A stretch of 64,000 bases of DNA from Acidobacteriota bacterium (GCA_021778515.1 JAJYCJ010000004.1:7092-71091), one strand, 5' to 3'; positions 9,201 through 19,352 are shown, numbered from the stretch's first letter. Notes: generated from the letters alone by a model not told the origin. Numbers and translations: made by a program.

Positions 9201-10459
9201 ATATAGCTGTTCGCGGAAGCCTAAAACGCTTCCAGCCATGGCATGAGATATGGAGGGATTACGAATCAAGTGCGAGGAATGTTGTTAGCGGGATAGGCGA
9301 TACGACGGCCTCTCTGCTGAATGGAGAAGAACCGGCTGGCCACGACTCCAGGAGCCCTGATCGTGGGCGACTACTTCTGTACAATTTGGCGAGAGCGTGG
9401 GAGGCATTAACGGGAATGCAACGTGAGTATGGGCATTGGTTTGGGGTTCATGAAGACCGCGGAAAGCTCGCCGAACTGCAGGACCACGAAGCGCGAACCT
9501 ACCGGCATCTGTGGGCCATTGCCAGTGAGGTGATTTATCCGAGAGTAAAGGATAGCCAACATAGTATCAGCGGCATCGAAAGAGAAATCTCTGTTCGACG
9601 GAGAAACTTTCTGGCTAGCCTGTCCAGAGAACTAAGTGCGGTGCTTGTAGGCGTAGGAAGCCATCGCATAGAGTGTGGACCACTAAATATCGATGGAAAG
9701 AGGTGCCTCGTGGTTGTTTGTGACCATGAATCCGCTGCCAGCATGGAGGCTCAACGAGAGGCTGTGGTGCTTGCTATTTGGCGTGCAACACGGAATGGCG
9801 GGTGGCGCCCGCTGGAATGGACTCCAATTAGCGTTGAATGGCCGCACGTCTTCGTGACGCACATTCTTCGAGGGAGGGCGCTTGCTAGTGCGGGTACCTT
9901 TCTTTCATCGTTCGTGCTTTTCGGCATTGAGAAGGACTTCGAGATCAAGGCTCACCACTTGGCAGACCAGCCAGTACCGGAGAGAGATTACTTGGCGACT
10001 GGCGTTATCCTGTGGGAGTTGCCGGTGCTATCCGGTCTTGGAGCTTTCGTGGGAAGTGTCAGCGCCTTCATGCTGACTGTCATGCAGGCCTATTCCATTC
10101 TTGCCTTAGCGCAGGAGAAGGGCCTATCGAGTGAGGACCTGGAGGCAGGCCTCGAATCGTACGGAAGCGAAGTTCGTTTGTTGCGCGAAACTGTGGTGAA
10201 TGCATTTGAAGAGTTGAAGGGACTGATGCAGGGCATGGATGCGCAGAAAGGCCTAGAGCAACTACGCGGAACGGAGTGGTCGTTGCGGCTGGAATCGCTT
10301 TGCCGAGCTCCCTTGTTACTTCCTCCCTTCGAAGATGACCGTGCTATTGTTACCGTGGCTGGCCTCGCAGAGTGGCTGGAACAATGTGAAAGAAGCCTCT
10401 CTGGAATTCGGACACTAGGTCAAGAAGTCGCGGATCTTGCCACCAAGAGAAGCGCATGA
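6290..10459 (+). CDS. Giant (1389 aa) STAND-like P-loop NTPase with an N-terminal PD-(D/E)xK-like nuclease motif; candidate Avs-type antiviral defence protein
   Basis: GTG start with a GAGGAG RBS 8 nt upstream. Walker A VVVRGASGQGKSSLAF at ~aa 270, a hhhhD Walker-B-like VVLIDLSP ~60 aa later, and a ~1000-aa alpha-helical C-terminal region. The N-terminus has a D...(Q)xK arrangement (VLDLKETLLEAVQVK) reminiscent of Mrr or restriction-endonuclease folds. GC is ~52% against ~67% in the flanks. Confidence 0.8.
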   Translation: MDIQSATYRGYRRQALYVLWRLLTDEDGHSRLYRPEGEEDLAVLDLKETLLEAVQVKDYSAPLSLSDLKPRSPDGFFARMKQRLHDHPGCRHILASFGRIGPELTYAIAAQGSLRNTVAARLHDRNPTITLAEGERLLGELNDNLQFLDESTMSADIKAALADTMAGGHYESTMNLLMYWVFESAERKSVLTRASLIKQITRIAEYLGVLRDHNREWMTVIRPLENKALSQDEFDRLREEYRRGAQARWEHILADLDHPRKARLSELHKKISRRSVVVVRGASGQGKSSLAFRYMQDYVPDGLRFNVCVVEDRLHALSIANALRGHVARLQLRAVVLIDLSPIDAGWVDLARELVRGGMKVLVTVREEDFHRAASIVSDLEYEEVVLDSLTKDEAEPIFKSLTAGERLPSTLDFEDIWCRFTLTETGPLMEFTHLITEGRTLTEKISGQIVRLQKESNDFRCINGITAAHLRLLALAAIGNAAECRMSLKSMCGQCGLDPLTNPLAPFEGEFLLRQAEYGGKTVVVGLHPLRSKAVVSALFAGCEEDWGRYAASCLEHVLDEDIERFMLHSFLGHPACSVSLEAAVHELKLRSWTQAGGLARALVWEGVNRYERENHEQLEAAVAKHDTAWWFLCDSLVGLERVNIIERRREMEEISQRELPWFELTDKKRVFDPLRGWAQQITPPSGQPSSALDWIMLGELAYWIGSNSISGLLHRALLDVLPTVLPTNLTIEELGLFISGRYHMRDSAFLDWHAQKCAELSARFLRETNSTYLVDQADEVKVYFPVFSTHHSTNNGSDDSDLHAAAVRRIDLLRKLFPQRATYGSQGLGIEAVSAFYPHDPTYKAIPAKNLPPERGVRLNRIFLNLVAFRLQRADSWRSYAEAHFQLRSSICACFRALYRAWELLLDRATDRSRVARKLPIEEVNQVSQQSKMPMLPCNAVDEWGFASELQGTATDEMGGAPVDGRVPHIAVRGSLKRFQPWHEIWRDYESSARNVVSGIGDTTASLLNGEEPAGHDSRSPDRGRLLLYNLARAWEALTGMQREYGHWFGVHEDRGKLAELQDHEARTYRHLWAIASEVIYPRVKDSQHSISGIEREISVRRRNFLASLSRELSAVLVGVGSHRIECGPLNIDGKRCLVVVCDHESAASMEAQREAVVLAIWRATRNGGWRPLEWTPISVEWPHVFVTHILRGRALASAGTFLSSFVLFGIEKDFEIKAHHLADQPVPERDYLATGVILWELPVLSGLGAFVGSVSAFMLTVMQAYSILALAQEKGLSSEDLEAGLESYGSEVRLLRETVVNAFEELKGLMQGMDAQKGLEQLRGTEWSLRLESLCRAPLLLPPFEDDRAIVTVAGLAEWLEQCERSLSGIRTLGQEVADLATKRSA

Positions 10460-10552
10460 GCCGCGGCCTGCCGACATGCCTTCTGTGATAGGTGCAGTCC
10501 TTGTGAATATTTGGGGGTAGATCGTGCATTGGCACATTGGGTTCATTCTGCT

Positions 10553-10690
10553 CGCTGCGTGGTGAGCCCTTCTTTGCGTCTCGCGTCTCGCCCTCGCGCG
10601 GCACACCTTCAGAACCCCGCGCCAGGGCCTCCAAAGCACGGGCCAGTCCCGCATCGTCCAGCTCGTGGTGGGTGACGAAACGAATGGAGG
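10553..10690 (-). pseudogene. Decayed duplicate of the 3' end (~25 codons plus 3' flank) of the threonine-aldolase gene at 12726-13757
   Basis: The minus-strand translation [24 protein letters not shown] matches [26 protein letters not shown] of the intact gene. Nucleotide identity to 12672-12805 is ~80%, with a 1-nt indel that removes the stop. Table ORF 10350..10703(-) is this fragment fused to junk. Confidence 0.7.
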
Positions 10691-10818
10691 GAAAAGGGGT
10701 CACCCATTAGTCGGCCCCTGTCAACAGGCGGACTTCCATCTTGGCGGCCTTTGCCCTTAGCCGCACTCCTCTTGCCCTTTGCACAGGGCCAGGCGGGGAG
10801 GGAGGGTCAGGGGAGGGA

Positions 10819-10878
10819 GGGTCAAGTCTTCACTGTTAGCGTCTCGGATCACCAGCCCTGAAGACCTGGCCGCGATTT
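10819..10878. repeat. Direct repeat R2 (~57 bp), second copy at 12408-12470
   Basis: caagtcttcactgttagcgtctcggatcaccagccctgaagacctggccgcgatt versus caagtcttcactgtgagcgtctcggaccactaaccctaaagacctggccccgatt, about 85% identity. The first copy is preceded by a tandem gggagggagggtca x2. Confidence 0.7.
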
Positions 10879-10989
10879 TGCGCTCCTCGACCCCTTACCC
10901 TGTCCTGCCTTCCCCCGCGTCCTTCGCGTCTCCTTGGTGAATTCTTCTGCCCCTGTGCGTGTTTCTCAGTCTGAAAGGGAGAGAACACC

Positions 10990-11442
10990 ATGGGAACGTG
11001 CAGCATCCGTCACGAAGTGGGGATCAAGGCGTCGCCGGAGGCGGTCTACGGGGCGCTGACGGAGGTCGAGACGCTGGCGGCCTGGTGGACCTCGGACACC
11101 CGCGGCGAGGGCTCGACGGTCGGGGGCGTGCTGGAGTTCTGGTTCGGCGGCTTCTGCCAGGCCTTCGAGGTGGTGGAGCTTCGGCCCGGAGGGCTCGTCC
11201 GCTGGAAGGCCACCCGGAAGGAGACCCTGGAGGAGTGGGCGGGGACCGAGGTCAGTTTCGCCCTGAGCGCCGACGAAGCCCAGTGCTGGGTGGAGTTCGC
11301 CCATTCGGGATGGCGCGAGGACACGGAGTTCTTCGCCCACTGCTCGACCAAGTGGGCGGTCTTCATGCTGAGCCTCAAGGACCTCTTGGAAACGGGCAAG
11401 GGCCGTCCCGCGCCCGACGACGTGCCGATCAACCACGATTGA
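10990..11442 (+). CDS. SRPBCC-superfamily protein (AHSA1 / activator-of-Hsp90-ATPase-like)
   Basis: 150 aa. The N-terminus IRHEVGIKASPEAVYGALTEVETLAAWW and the overall pattern match the AHSA1/START-like SRPBCC fold. Confidence 0.75.
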   Translation: MGTCSIRHEVGIKASPEAVYGALTEVETLAAWWTSDTRGEGSTVGGVLEFWFGGFCQAFEVVELRPGGLVRWKATRKETLEEWAGTEVSFALSADEAQCWVEFAHSGWREDTEFFAHCSTKWAVFMLSLKDLLETGKGRPAPDDVPINHD

Positions 11443-11617
11443 GCGGATGGAGGCCTTTGCGGCGTGATCGCGTGATCAAGAGATCAAAGGATCGGGGCGG
11501 GCCTTCGAAGAACCTCCCGCCCCCTGTTTTTCCACTGGCTTGCCCACCTGCTCGCCTCGAGACTGGGGAGGCGCGCCTGAGGGCAAAACGCAAAGGGCTC
11601 TGCGGGAGGTTGGAGCG

Positions 11618-12373
11618 ATGAGCGGGTTCGCGGCGACGAAATTCGAGTTCCGGCACCGTTTCTGGTTCATCTTCGCCATCTTCTTGATCGCGTACGAACT
11701 CGGCCACTTCTTTCCGGGCAACGCCGGCGCGGTCCTCGTGGGCCGCTTCGTCCCGAAGGGCTCACCCCTCTTCCCGTTCGGGCTGCACGCGCTCTTCGGG
11801 GTCGCGGCCCTGGTGGTTCTGGCGGGCGCTGCCCTGCGCACGTGGGGCACGGCCTACCTGAGCGCGGGGGTCATGACGGACCGCCGGCTGCACTCGGAGA
11901 GGCTCACGGCGGACGGGCCCTTCCGCTTCGTCCGAAACCCCCTCTACATCGGGCTGGTCCTGATGGCCGCAGGCCTGAGCGCGACGACCGACGTCCCGGG
12001 CGGGGTCGTGCTAGTTGTTCTCATGGTTCTCTTCGTCCTGCGTCTCGCCCTGCGGGAGGAGACCGGGCTGGCCGAGGCCCAGGGAGAGGCGTACGAGGCC
12101 TACCGGCGCCGCGTGCGGCGCTTCCTGCCATCGCTCCGGCCCCGGCTTCCAGCGTCCGGGGCCGCGCCCCTGTGGCGCCAGGCGTTCGTCGCGGAGTTCA
12201 TGGTGTGGTCCTTCGGCATCGCCCTGGTCGCCCTGGCCGTCAGCCTGAACGGGCGCCTCTTCTGGGAGGTCTTCGCCGTGGGGCTGGTCTCCGGGATGAT
12301 CACGTATTCCTTCCAGCGCCGGCGGACCCGGCCGGCCCCGAAGGCGGGAGGCGAAGAGCCCGACGCCGGGTGA
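11618..12373 (+). CDS. Isoprenylcysteine carboxyl methyltransferase (ICMT/PEMT) family membrane methyltransferase
   Basis: It has multiple TM helices and the family signature LTADGPFRFVRNPLYIGLVL (GPF/Y-x3-R-N/H-P-x-Y). The ATG at 11618 has a GGGAGG RBS 8 nt upstream; the table ORF starts further upstream at 11540. Confidence 0.75.
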   Translation: MSGFAATKFEFRHRFWFIFAIFLIAYELGHFFPGNAGAVLVGRFVPKGSPLFPFGLHALFGVAALVVLAGAALRTWGTAYLSAGVMTDRRLHSERLTADGPFRFVRNPLYIGLVLMAAGLSATTDVPGGVVLVVLMVLFVLRLALREETGLAEAQGEAYEAYRRRVRRFLPSLRPRLPASGAAPLWRQAFVAEFMVWSFGIALVALAVSLNGRLFWEVFAVGLVSGMITYSFQRRRTRPAPKAGGEEPDAG

Positions 12374-12407
12374 GGGAATAGGAAGAGCCAAGGGGGCCGT
12401 ACTGGTC

Positions 12408-12470
12408 CGGGATCAAGTCTTCACTGTGAGCGTCTCGGACCACTAACCCTAAAGACCTGGCCCCGATTCT
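12408..12470. repeat. Direct repeat R2' (partner of 10819-10878)
   Basis: See R2. Confidence 0.7.
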
Positions 12471-12510
12471 ATTTGGTTAGGGCGAATGCTCTCCTTCGAA
12501 GGCCCGCCCT

Positions 12511-12545
12511 CGTCCTCATCTCGGCATCTCCTCATCTCCTCATCT
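12511..12545. repeat. 8-bp tandem microsatellite CATCTCCT x4
   Basis: catctcgg catctcct catctcct catctcga. Confidence 0.6.
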
Positions 12546-12725
12546 CGACCTTCCTCCGTGGCCTCCGTGCCCTCCGTGGTAAATTCCATTTTCATGGGCC
12601 CGAATCGCGCTCTGGAGAGCGCTCCTACAGGGCTTTCGAGAGCCGTGTTTTCCTCTGTGTCCTCTGCGTCTCTGTGGTGAATCCGTTTCCTCGCGTCCCG
12701 CGTCTCGCCCCCGCGCGGCACCCCT

Positions 12726-13757
<1,032 letters not shown>

Positions 13758-13800
13758 GGGGCACCTCCATGAGGGGTCAGTATACGGGAGAGGCGAGAGG

Positions 13801-13880
13801 CGATGAAGGGATTGGGCGATTGAGCGATTGGGCGATAAGCGATTGAGCGATTGAGCAATTGAGCGATGAAGCGAAGGGCG
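13801..13880. repeat. Tandem 8-bp repeat GCGATTGA (about 7 units, degenerate at the ends)
   Basis: gggattgg gcgattga gcgattgg gcgataa gcgattga gcgattga gcaattga gcgatgaa. It lies in the divergent intergenic region between ltaE and the ABC transporter. The same unit recurs at 39864-39913 and 55387-55420. Confidence 0.75.
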
Positions 13881-14038
13881 AGAGGCGAAAGGCGGCCGCA
13901 GCCAGCTTCTGATCCCCAATTTCTCTGCGTCTCTGCGCCTCTGTGGTCGTTCCGCTTTTCCGATTTTCGATTTTCCCCTCCCCCACCTTGCCGCGCGCTT
14001 CCCGGCAGGGTATCCTGGGGCCGTAGAGCGCGGACGCG

Positions 14039-14962
14039 ATGGATCATGTGCTGCAGGTCACCGAGCTAAAGAAGTCCTTCCGGGGGCACCTCTCCATCGG
14101 GGTGCACCACGTGTTGGACGGCATCAACCTCTCGGTGCCCAAGGGGGTCATCTACGGCTTTCTGGGTCCCAACGGCGCCGGCAAGACGACCACCATCAAG
14201 ATCCTGGCCGGCCTGCTCTTCCCCGACGCGGGCGAGGCCCGGATCTTCGGGAGGAGCTCCACGGACCGCTCCGTCCGCCGCCGCATCGGTTTTCTCCCCG
14301 AGACGCCCTATTTCTACGACTACCTCAAGGGCGCCGAGCTGCTCGCCTTCATGGGCCGCCTCTACGGCCTCTCGCCCTCCCAGCTCTCGCGGCGCGTCCC
14401 CGAACTGCTGGAGACCGTGGGCCTCAAGGGCCAGGGCAAGCTCCAGCTCCGCAAGTACAGCAAGGGCATGCTCCAGCGCATCGGGCTGGCCCAGGCCCTC
14501 ATCCACGATCCCGAGCTGGTGATCCTGGACGAGCCCATGAGCGGCCTGGACCCCATCGGCCGGAGGGAGATCCGCGACCTCATCCTCTCCCTCAAGGAGC
14601 AGGGCAAGACGGTCTTCTTCTCCTCCCACATCCTGGCGGACGCCGAGATGCTCTGCGACCAGGTGGCCATCCTGGTCAAGGGCCGCGTCGTTCAGGAGGG
14701 GGTTCTGGAGGTGCTGTTGGGCTCGGAGGTACGCTTCTGGGATGTCACCCTGGGGGGGCTGGAGACCTTCTCGCCTCCCCCCGGCTGTTCGGTCCTGACC
14801 CATCGGGGCGGCCAGGTGCTGGTGCGCGTGGAGTCCGAGGCGATCCTCCAGGCGCTTCTGGACAAGGCGAGGGCCGAGGGGGCCTCGGTGCGCTCCGTGA
14901 TGCCGCACAAGGCCTCCCTCGAGGACCTGTTCATGGCCCAGATTCCGGGAGGAGGAACATGA
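14039..14962 (+). CDS. ABC transporter ATP-binding protein
   Basis: Walker [14 protein letters not shown] signature [13 protein letters not shown], Walker [13 protein letters not shown], and an H-loop. Confidence 0.9.
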   Translation: MDHVLQVTELKKSFRGHLSIGVHHVLDGINLSVPKGVIYGFLGPNGAGKTTTIKILAGLLFPDAGEARIFGRSSTDRSVRRRIGFLPETPYFYDYLKGAELLAFMGRLYGLSPSQLSRRVPELLETVGLKGQGKLQLRKYSKGMLQRIGLAQALIHDPELVILDEPMSGLDPIGRREIRDLILSLKEQGKTVFFSSHILADAEMLCDQVAILVKGRVVQEGVLEVLLGSEVRFWDVTLGGLETFSPPPGCSVLTHRGGQVLVRVESEAILQALLDKARAEGASVRSVMPHKASLEDLFMAQIPGGGT

Positions 14963-15759
14963 CGCCCGTGGCCATCACGCCGAGGCTGACCCTCGTCCAG
15001 GTCTACGCCATCGCCAAGAACACCTTCAAGGAGGCCGTGAGGAGCCGGATCTTCTACATCCTGCTGGCCTTCGCCGTCTGCCTCCTGCTCTTCTCCTTCG
15101 TGATGGGGCTCCTGGCCATCGGGAGCCTGCGCCGCGTCATCCTGGACATGGGGCTCTCGACCATCGCCTACTTCTCGGCGGCCACCGCCATCTTCATCGG
15201 CATCGGCCTCATCTACAAGGAGGTGGAGCGCAAGACCATCTACAACGTCCTCTCCAAGCCCCTCTCCCGAAGCAGCTTCATCCTGGGCCGGTATCTCGGG
15301 ATCATGACCGTGCTCCTGGTCAACCTGGTGGCCATGACTCTCGTCCTGGCGGGGGTCCTGGCCTCGGTGGGGGCCTTCACCGCCCGGATCTTTCCCGCCG
15401 TTGGATACATCTACCTGGAGCTGATGATCCTCTCCGCCGTAGCCCTCTTCTTCTCCTCGGTCAGTTCGCCCGTGGTGAGCGCCATCTGCACGGTGGCCTT
15501 CTACCTCATCGGCCACACGAGCTCGAGCATCCCCTCCTTCCTGGTTCCGCTGGTGCAGTCCGATTTCGCCAAGCGCGCGCTTCTCCTGCTCTACCACCTC
15601 CTGCCCGACCTCAACCTGCTCGACATCAACAACTTGGTGGTGCACGACATCGCGACGGCCCCCGGATTCGCCGTACGGGGGGTCACCTACACGCTCCTCA
15701 TGGTGGCGGCGCTTCTTCTGGCCTCCTCGCTCTGCTTCAAGCGGCGCGACCTGGTGTGA
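14959..15759 (+). CDS. ABC-2 type transporter permease
   Basis: 266 aa with six predicted TM helices, translationally coupled to the upstream ATPase (ATGA overlap). Confidence 0.8.
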   Translation: MTPVAITPRLTLVQVYAIAKNTFKEAVRSRIFYILLAFAVCLLLFSFVMGLLAIGSLRRVILDMGLSTIAYFSAATAIFIGIGLIYKEVERKTIYNVLSKPLSRSSFILGRYLGIMTVLLVNLVAMTLVLAGVLASVGAFTARIFPAVGYIYLELMILSAVALFFSSVSSPVVSAICTVAFYLIGHTSSSIPSFLVPLVQSDFAKRALLLLYHLLPDLNLLDINNLVVHDIATAPGFAVRGVTYTLLMVAALLLASSLCFKRRDLV

Positions 15760-16631
15760 GAGTGCGCACCCTGGCGGGAGTGCTGGTCATCGTCCTGCTG
15801 CTCGCCGCGGTGGTTCCCCTGCACCAGCAGATGGTCGCCCTGCACGATACCTACCCCAGCGAGTTCCGCTCCTACTACATCCCATCCAGCGCCTACCTCA
15901 AGGTCGCCTGCCTGGGGCAGGACAACTTCGCGGCCGATCTCATCTTCATCTGGTCCATCCAGTACTTCGACCGGTACAAACAGAGCGTGAGGGACACCTA
16001 CCTGCTTCATACCTACGACGTGATCACGGACCTGGACCCCCGGTTCTACGAAGCCTACATCATGGGGAACCTCTTCCTCAGCCTGGACAAGCGCTGGGAC
16101 ATGCTCTACTCGCTCTCGAACAAGGGGATCGCCGCCGACCCCAAGGACTGGCTCGTGGCCTGGGACGCAGGCACCTACGCCTTCTTCCAGGCCCACGACT
16201 ACGCCAAGGCCCTGAAGTACTTCCACATCGCCTACGCCAGGAATCCGAACCGGCCGATCCTCAAGGACATGCTGGCCAACGCCTACAAGTACCAGGGGGA
16301 CTACGAGAGCTCCCTGCACTACTGGAAGAGCATCGCCCAGGAATTCGCGGGCCAGGAGGAGCACCAGGCCTCCTATTTCCGCTTCGCGGCGGAGCGCAAC
16401 ATCTTCGATCTGACCATCAAGATCGACCTGCGCAACCTCACGAGCGCCGTGGCCATGTACCGGCGGGCCAAGGGGGCCCCGCCCCCCACCCTGCGCGCCC
16501 TGGTGAGCTCGGGCTACCTGAAATCCCTGCCCGTCGATCCCGACGGCAAGCCCTACCTCTACGACCCCACGACCGGCGCCGTGACCTGCCAGACGCCCTT
16601 CAAGTTCCGCGGGAAGTTCGGCCAATGGTGA
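15756..16631 (+). CDS. Hypothetical secreted or membrane-anchored TPR-like protein, third gene of the ABC operon
   Basis: GTG start overlapping the permease stop (GTGA). It has an N-terminal hydrophobic segment then a helical repeat-like region, and codon usage is consistent with its neighbours. Confidence 0.55.
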   Translation: MRVRTLAGVLVIVLLLAAVVPLHQQMVALHDTYPSEFRSYYIPSSAYLKVACLGQDNFAADLIFIWSIQYFDRYKQSVRDTYLLHTYDVITDLDPRFYEAYIMGNLFLSLDKRWDMLYSLSNKGIAADPKDWLVAWDAGTYAFFQAHDYAKALKYFHIAYARNPNRPILKDMLANAYKYQGDYESSLHYWKSIAQEFAGQEEHQASYFRFAAERNIFDLTIKIDLRNLTSAVAMYRRAKGAPPPTLRALVSSGYLKSLPVDPDGKPYLYDPTTGAVTCQTPFKFRGKFGQW

Positions 16632-17404
16632 CCCTCTCCCTCGCCTTCGCCTTGCTCTTCGGGCTGGTCCTGGGCTCCTTCGCCAACGTCCTCATCCACC
16701 GCCTGCCGCGGGGCGAGTCCATCGTGAACCCGCCCTCCCATTGCCCCCATTGCGGGAGTCCCATCCGCTGGTTTCAGAACATCCCGGTGGCCTCCTGGGT
16801 ATTCCTGCGGGGCCGGTGCGCCGCCTGCGGCGGCCCCATCGCCGTGCGGTATCCAGCCGTCGAGGCTTCGGTGGGAGTGCTTTTTCTTCTCTCCGCCTGG
16901 GTCTGGGGCCCCACCTTCGCCGGCGCGGCGGCGGGTCTCTTCGCCCTCCTGTGCGTGGTGCTGGGGCTCATTGACCTGGAGCACCAGATTTTGCCCGACC
17001 GCCTCACGCTCCCCGGCATCGCGCTGGGGCTGCTTTTTTCGCCCTACCTCCCCTGGACCAACCTCACCGATTCCCTGGCGGGCGCCGCCCTCGGCGCCGC
17101 CATCCCCGCCCTCCTGATCACGCTCTACGCCCTGTTCGGCATCGAGGCCATGGGGTGGGGGGACGTGAAGTTCCTCGCCATGGTGGGCGCCTTCCTGGGC
17201 TGGCGGGGGGTCCTGCTCACGATTCTCGGGGGCGCCCTGCTGGGAACGCTCCTGGGCGGCGGATATCTCCTGCTGACCGGCAAGGGCCGCCGGACGCCGC
17301 TTCCCTTCGGAACCTTCCTCTCGGCGGCCGCCCTGGCGAGCCTCTTCTTCGCGGGCCGGTTCTGGGCCTGGTACGGGGCCCTCCTCGGCCGCCTCTCCCC
17401 ATGA
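16625..17404 (+). CDS. pilD: Type IV prepilin leader peptidase (A24 family)
   Basis: The N-terminal tetra-Cys motif SHCPHCG...CAACG and the VLGSFANVLIHRLP segment are typical of PilD, and the protein is polytopic. Confidence 0.85.
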   Translation: MVTLSLAFALLFGLVLGSFANVLIHRLPRGESIVNPPSHCPHCGSPIRWFQNIPVASWVFLRGRCAACGGPIAVRYPAVEASVGVLFLLSAWVWGPTFAGAAAGLFALLCVVLGLIDLEHQILPDRLTLPGIALGLLFSPYLPWTNLTDSLAGAALGAAIPALLITLYALFGIEAMGWGDVKFLAMVGAFLGWRGVLLTILGGALLGTLLGGGYLLLTGKGRRTPLPFGTFLSAAALASLFFAGRFWAWYGALLGRLSP

Positions 17405-19149
17405 GACTGCTCAAGCCCGACACGAGGCGGCTCCTGGTCTGGGCGCTGCTGGCCACCTGCACGCTCTTCCTGTTCGCCTCGGGGAGCGGCCTCGTCACCC
17501 TGTCGCAGTCGCTGGCCATCCAGCGGAAGGCGGTCTCGGACCAAGCCCTCCTCCTCGGCAGGAGGGGGTGGAAATCCCTGGAGGCCAGCGGCTTCCGGCA
17601 ACCTTCCGAGCCGTCCTGGCGGGTGGCCCTCCTGCCACCAGACCTGCCGCCCTCACCCATCCAGCCCCAGGGCATGGCCCTGGTGTTCGGGACGCGGGTG
17701 CTGTGGACCGAGCCCGCCTTCGCCCCGCCCAGGGTGGACGCCCCGCCGAAGGGGACGGAGGAGGTGATCCGGCAGGGAGGCCGCTGGCTCTACCTGAGGA
17801 GTCTGGAGGACGGCCGGCTTCTGATGGTGACTTTCGCGGCGCCCGCCTACGAGCGGCTCCGGGGCCGGTACGTCCTGCTCTCGGTGTTCGAGGCCGTGGG
17901 GCTGACCCTGTTGGGCCTGCTGTGGATCTGGCTGGCCCTGAGGCTCTACCGCTCCTACCAGGGCCTGGCCAGCACCGCGCGGGATGCCAGCGAGTACCTC
18001 CCCCCGCCTGGCGGGGGTTCTCCCGCCCTGGCCATGGTGGAGGTCTTCCAGCACACGCTCCACGAGCTGAGGGCTCGCAGCGACGAGCTGGCCGAGCTGC
18101 ACCAGCGGGAGAAGCGGAGGGCTGAGGAGGTGGAGGGGCTCGCCGAGGCCCTCTGCGCCAACCTCGAGGCGGGGTACCTCCGGTTCGACGAGGCGGGACG
18201 CCTCTCGGGCCTCAACGCCGCAGGCCGCTCCCTCCTCGGCCTGCCGACGGTCCCCAGGCTGGGTGACGCGGCCGAAGCCTTGCTCGCGGCCAGGCCGGAA
18301 GCCCTGGCCGCCCTGACGGAGTCCATGGACAAGCGGAGCCTGACCCTGCGGGAGGAGGTGCCGGGAGCCCCGGGTCTTCTCCTCCAGGTCGTGGGAATTC
18401 CGCTGTTCAACCTCCTCCACCAGCTCCGGGGATACCTCCTGATCATGAAGGACCAGACCTCGCTCTACCAGATGCGCAGGACGATACGCGAGCGGGAGGC
18501 CCTCTCCCGCCTCGGCGAGGTGGCCGCGGGAGTGGCGCACGAGGTGCGAAACAGCCTCAGCACCTTCACGGCCCACATCAAACTCCTGGCCCAGGACCGG
18601 CCGGAGATGGCCGGTCAGGCCCACTACCAGGGGTTGCTGGAGGAGGTCCGGGGGCTGGAGACGGTGGTCCAGAACCTCCTCTTCTTCGCACGCCCGCTGC
18701 CCCTGGTGACCGAGACGATTCCCATCGAGCCGCTCCTGGATGAGGAGGCGCAGGCACTCCGGCAACAATTTCCGGACCTCCAGGTGGAGGTCTCGGCCGG
18801 AGACGGCGACAGCGTTCGAGCGGACCGGGAGGCCCTGGCCAGGGCCATCCGAAATCTCACGCGCAACGCGGCCGAGGCTCATGTGCAGGGCGGCACGGGC
18901 CGCGGGCGCGTGCGGCTCTCGTGCGGCCTTGAGCCCGAGGGGGCGACGATCCGCGTGGAGGACGACGGGCCGGGCCTGAGTCCCGAGGCCGCGCAAGAGC
19001 TCTTCGTGCCCTTCGCCAGTCAGAAGCCGGGCGGCACGGGCCTGGGGCTGGCCATCGCCCGCAAGATCGTCCGGGAACACGGGGGGGAGCTCTCGTCCTT
19101 CGCCTCTCCGCTGGGTGGCGCGGGGTTCCAGATCCGCCTCCCTTCGTAG
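17401..19149 (+). CDS. Sensor histidine kinase (HisKA + HATPase_c)
   Basis: The start at 17401 (MRLLKPDTRR, ATGA overlap with pilD) is preferred over the table's 17155. Two TM segments, an H-box VAAGVAHEVRNSL, N box NLTRNAAEA, and G boxes DDGPGL and GGTGLGLAIARKIV. No response-regulator gene is adjacent. Confidence 0.85.
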   Translation: MRLLKPDTRRLLVWALLATCTLFLFASGSGLVTLSQSLAIQRKAVSDQALLLGRRGWKSLEASGFRQPSEPSWRVALLPPDLPPSPIQPQGMALVFGTRVLWTEPAFAPPRVDAPPKGTEEVIRQGGRWLYLRSLEDGRLLMVTFAAPAYERLRGRYVLLSVFEAVGLTLLGLLWIWLALRLYRSYQGLASTARDASEYLPPPGGGSPALAMVEVFQHTLHELRARSDELAELHQREKRRAEEVEGLAEALCANLEAGYLRFDEAGRLSGLNAAGRSLLGLPTVPRLGDAAEALLAARPEALAALTESMDKRSLTLREEVPGAPGLLLQVVGIPLFNLLHQLRGYLLIMKDQTSLYQMRRTIREREALSRLGEVAAGVAHEVRNSLSTFTAHIKLLAQDRPEMAGQAHYQGLLEEVRGLETVVQNLLFFARPLPLVTETIPIEPLLDEEAQALRQQFPDLQVEVSAGDGDSVRADREALARAIRNLTRNAAEAHVQGGTGRGRVRLSCGLEPEGATIRVEDDGPGLSPEAAQELFVPFASQKPGGTGLGLAIARKIVREHGGELSSFASPLGGAGFQIRLPS

Positions 19150-19352
19150 CTCTCGTACAGATTCCGCGAAGGAAATGCGGGTGGCTTCGGCCAAGGCCCA
19201 GATTCACGGGAGAAAAACGTTATCCCTTGGACGGGGAGGCCAAGGGCTTCTCTCTCCGAGTCGCAGGCCAAGCCTGCCGAATCGTCGCGTTGCCCTCCGG
19301 GGCCCCGCCCAACGGGCACGGCCCTCCGGGGCCCCACCCCACCCTTGGGGCT

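Noticed and set aside
17155-17400. 5' extension of the histidine kinase ORF (table start 17155)
   Set aside because: The extension overlaps pilD in another frame and translates to Pro/Arg/Gly junk. The ATG at 17401, overlapping the pilD stop, gives a sensible TM N-terminus.
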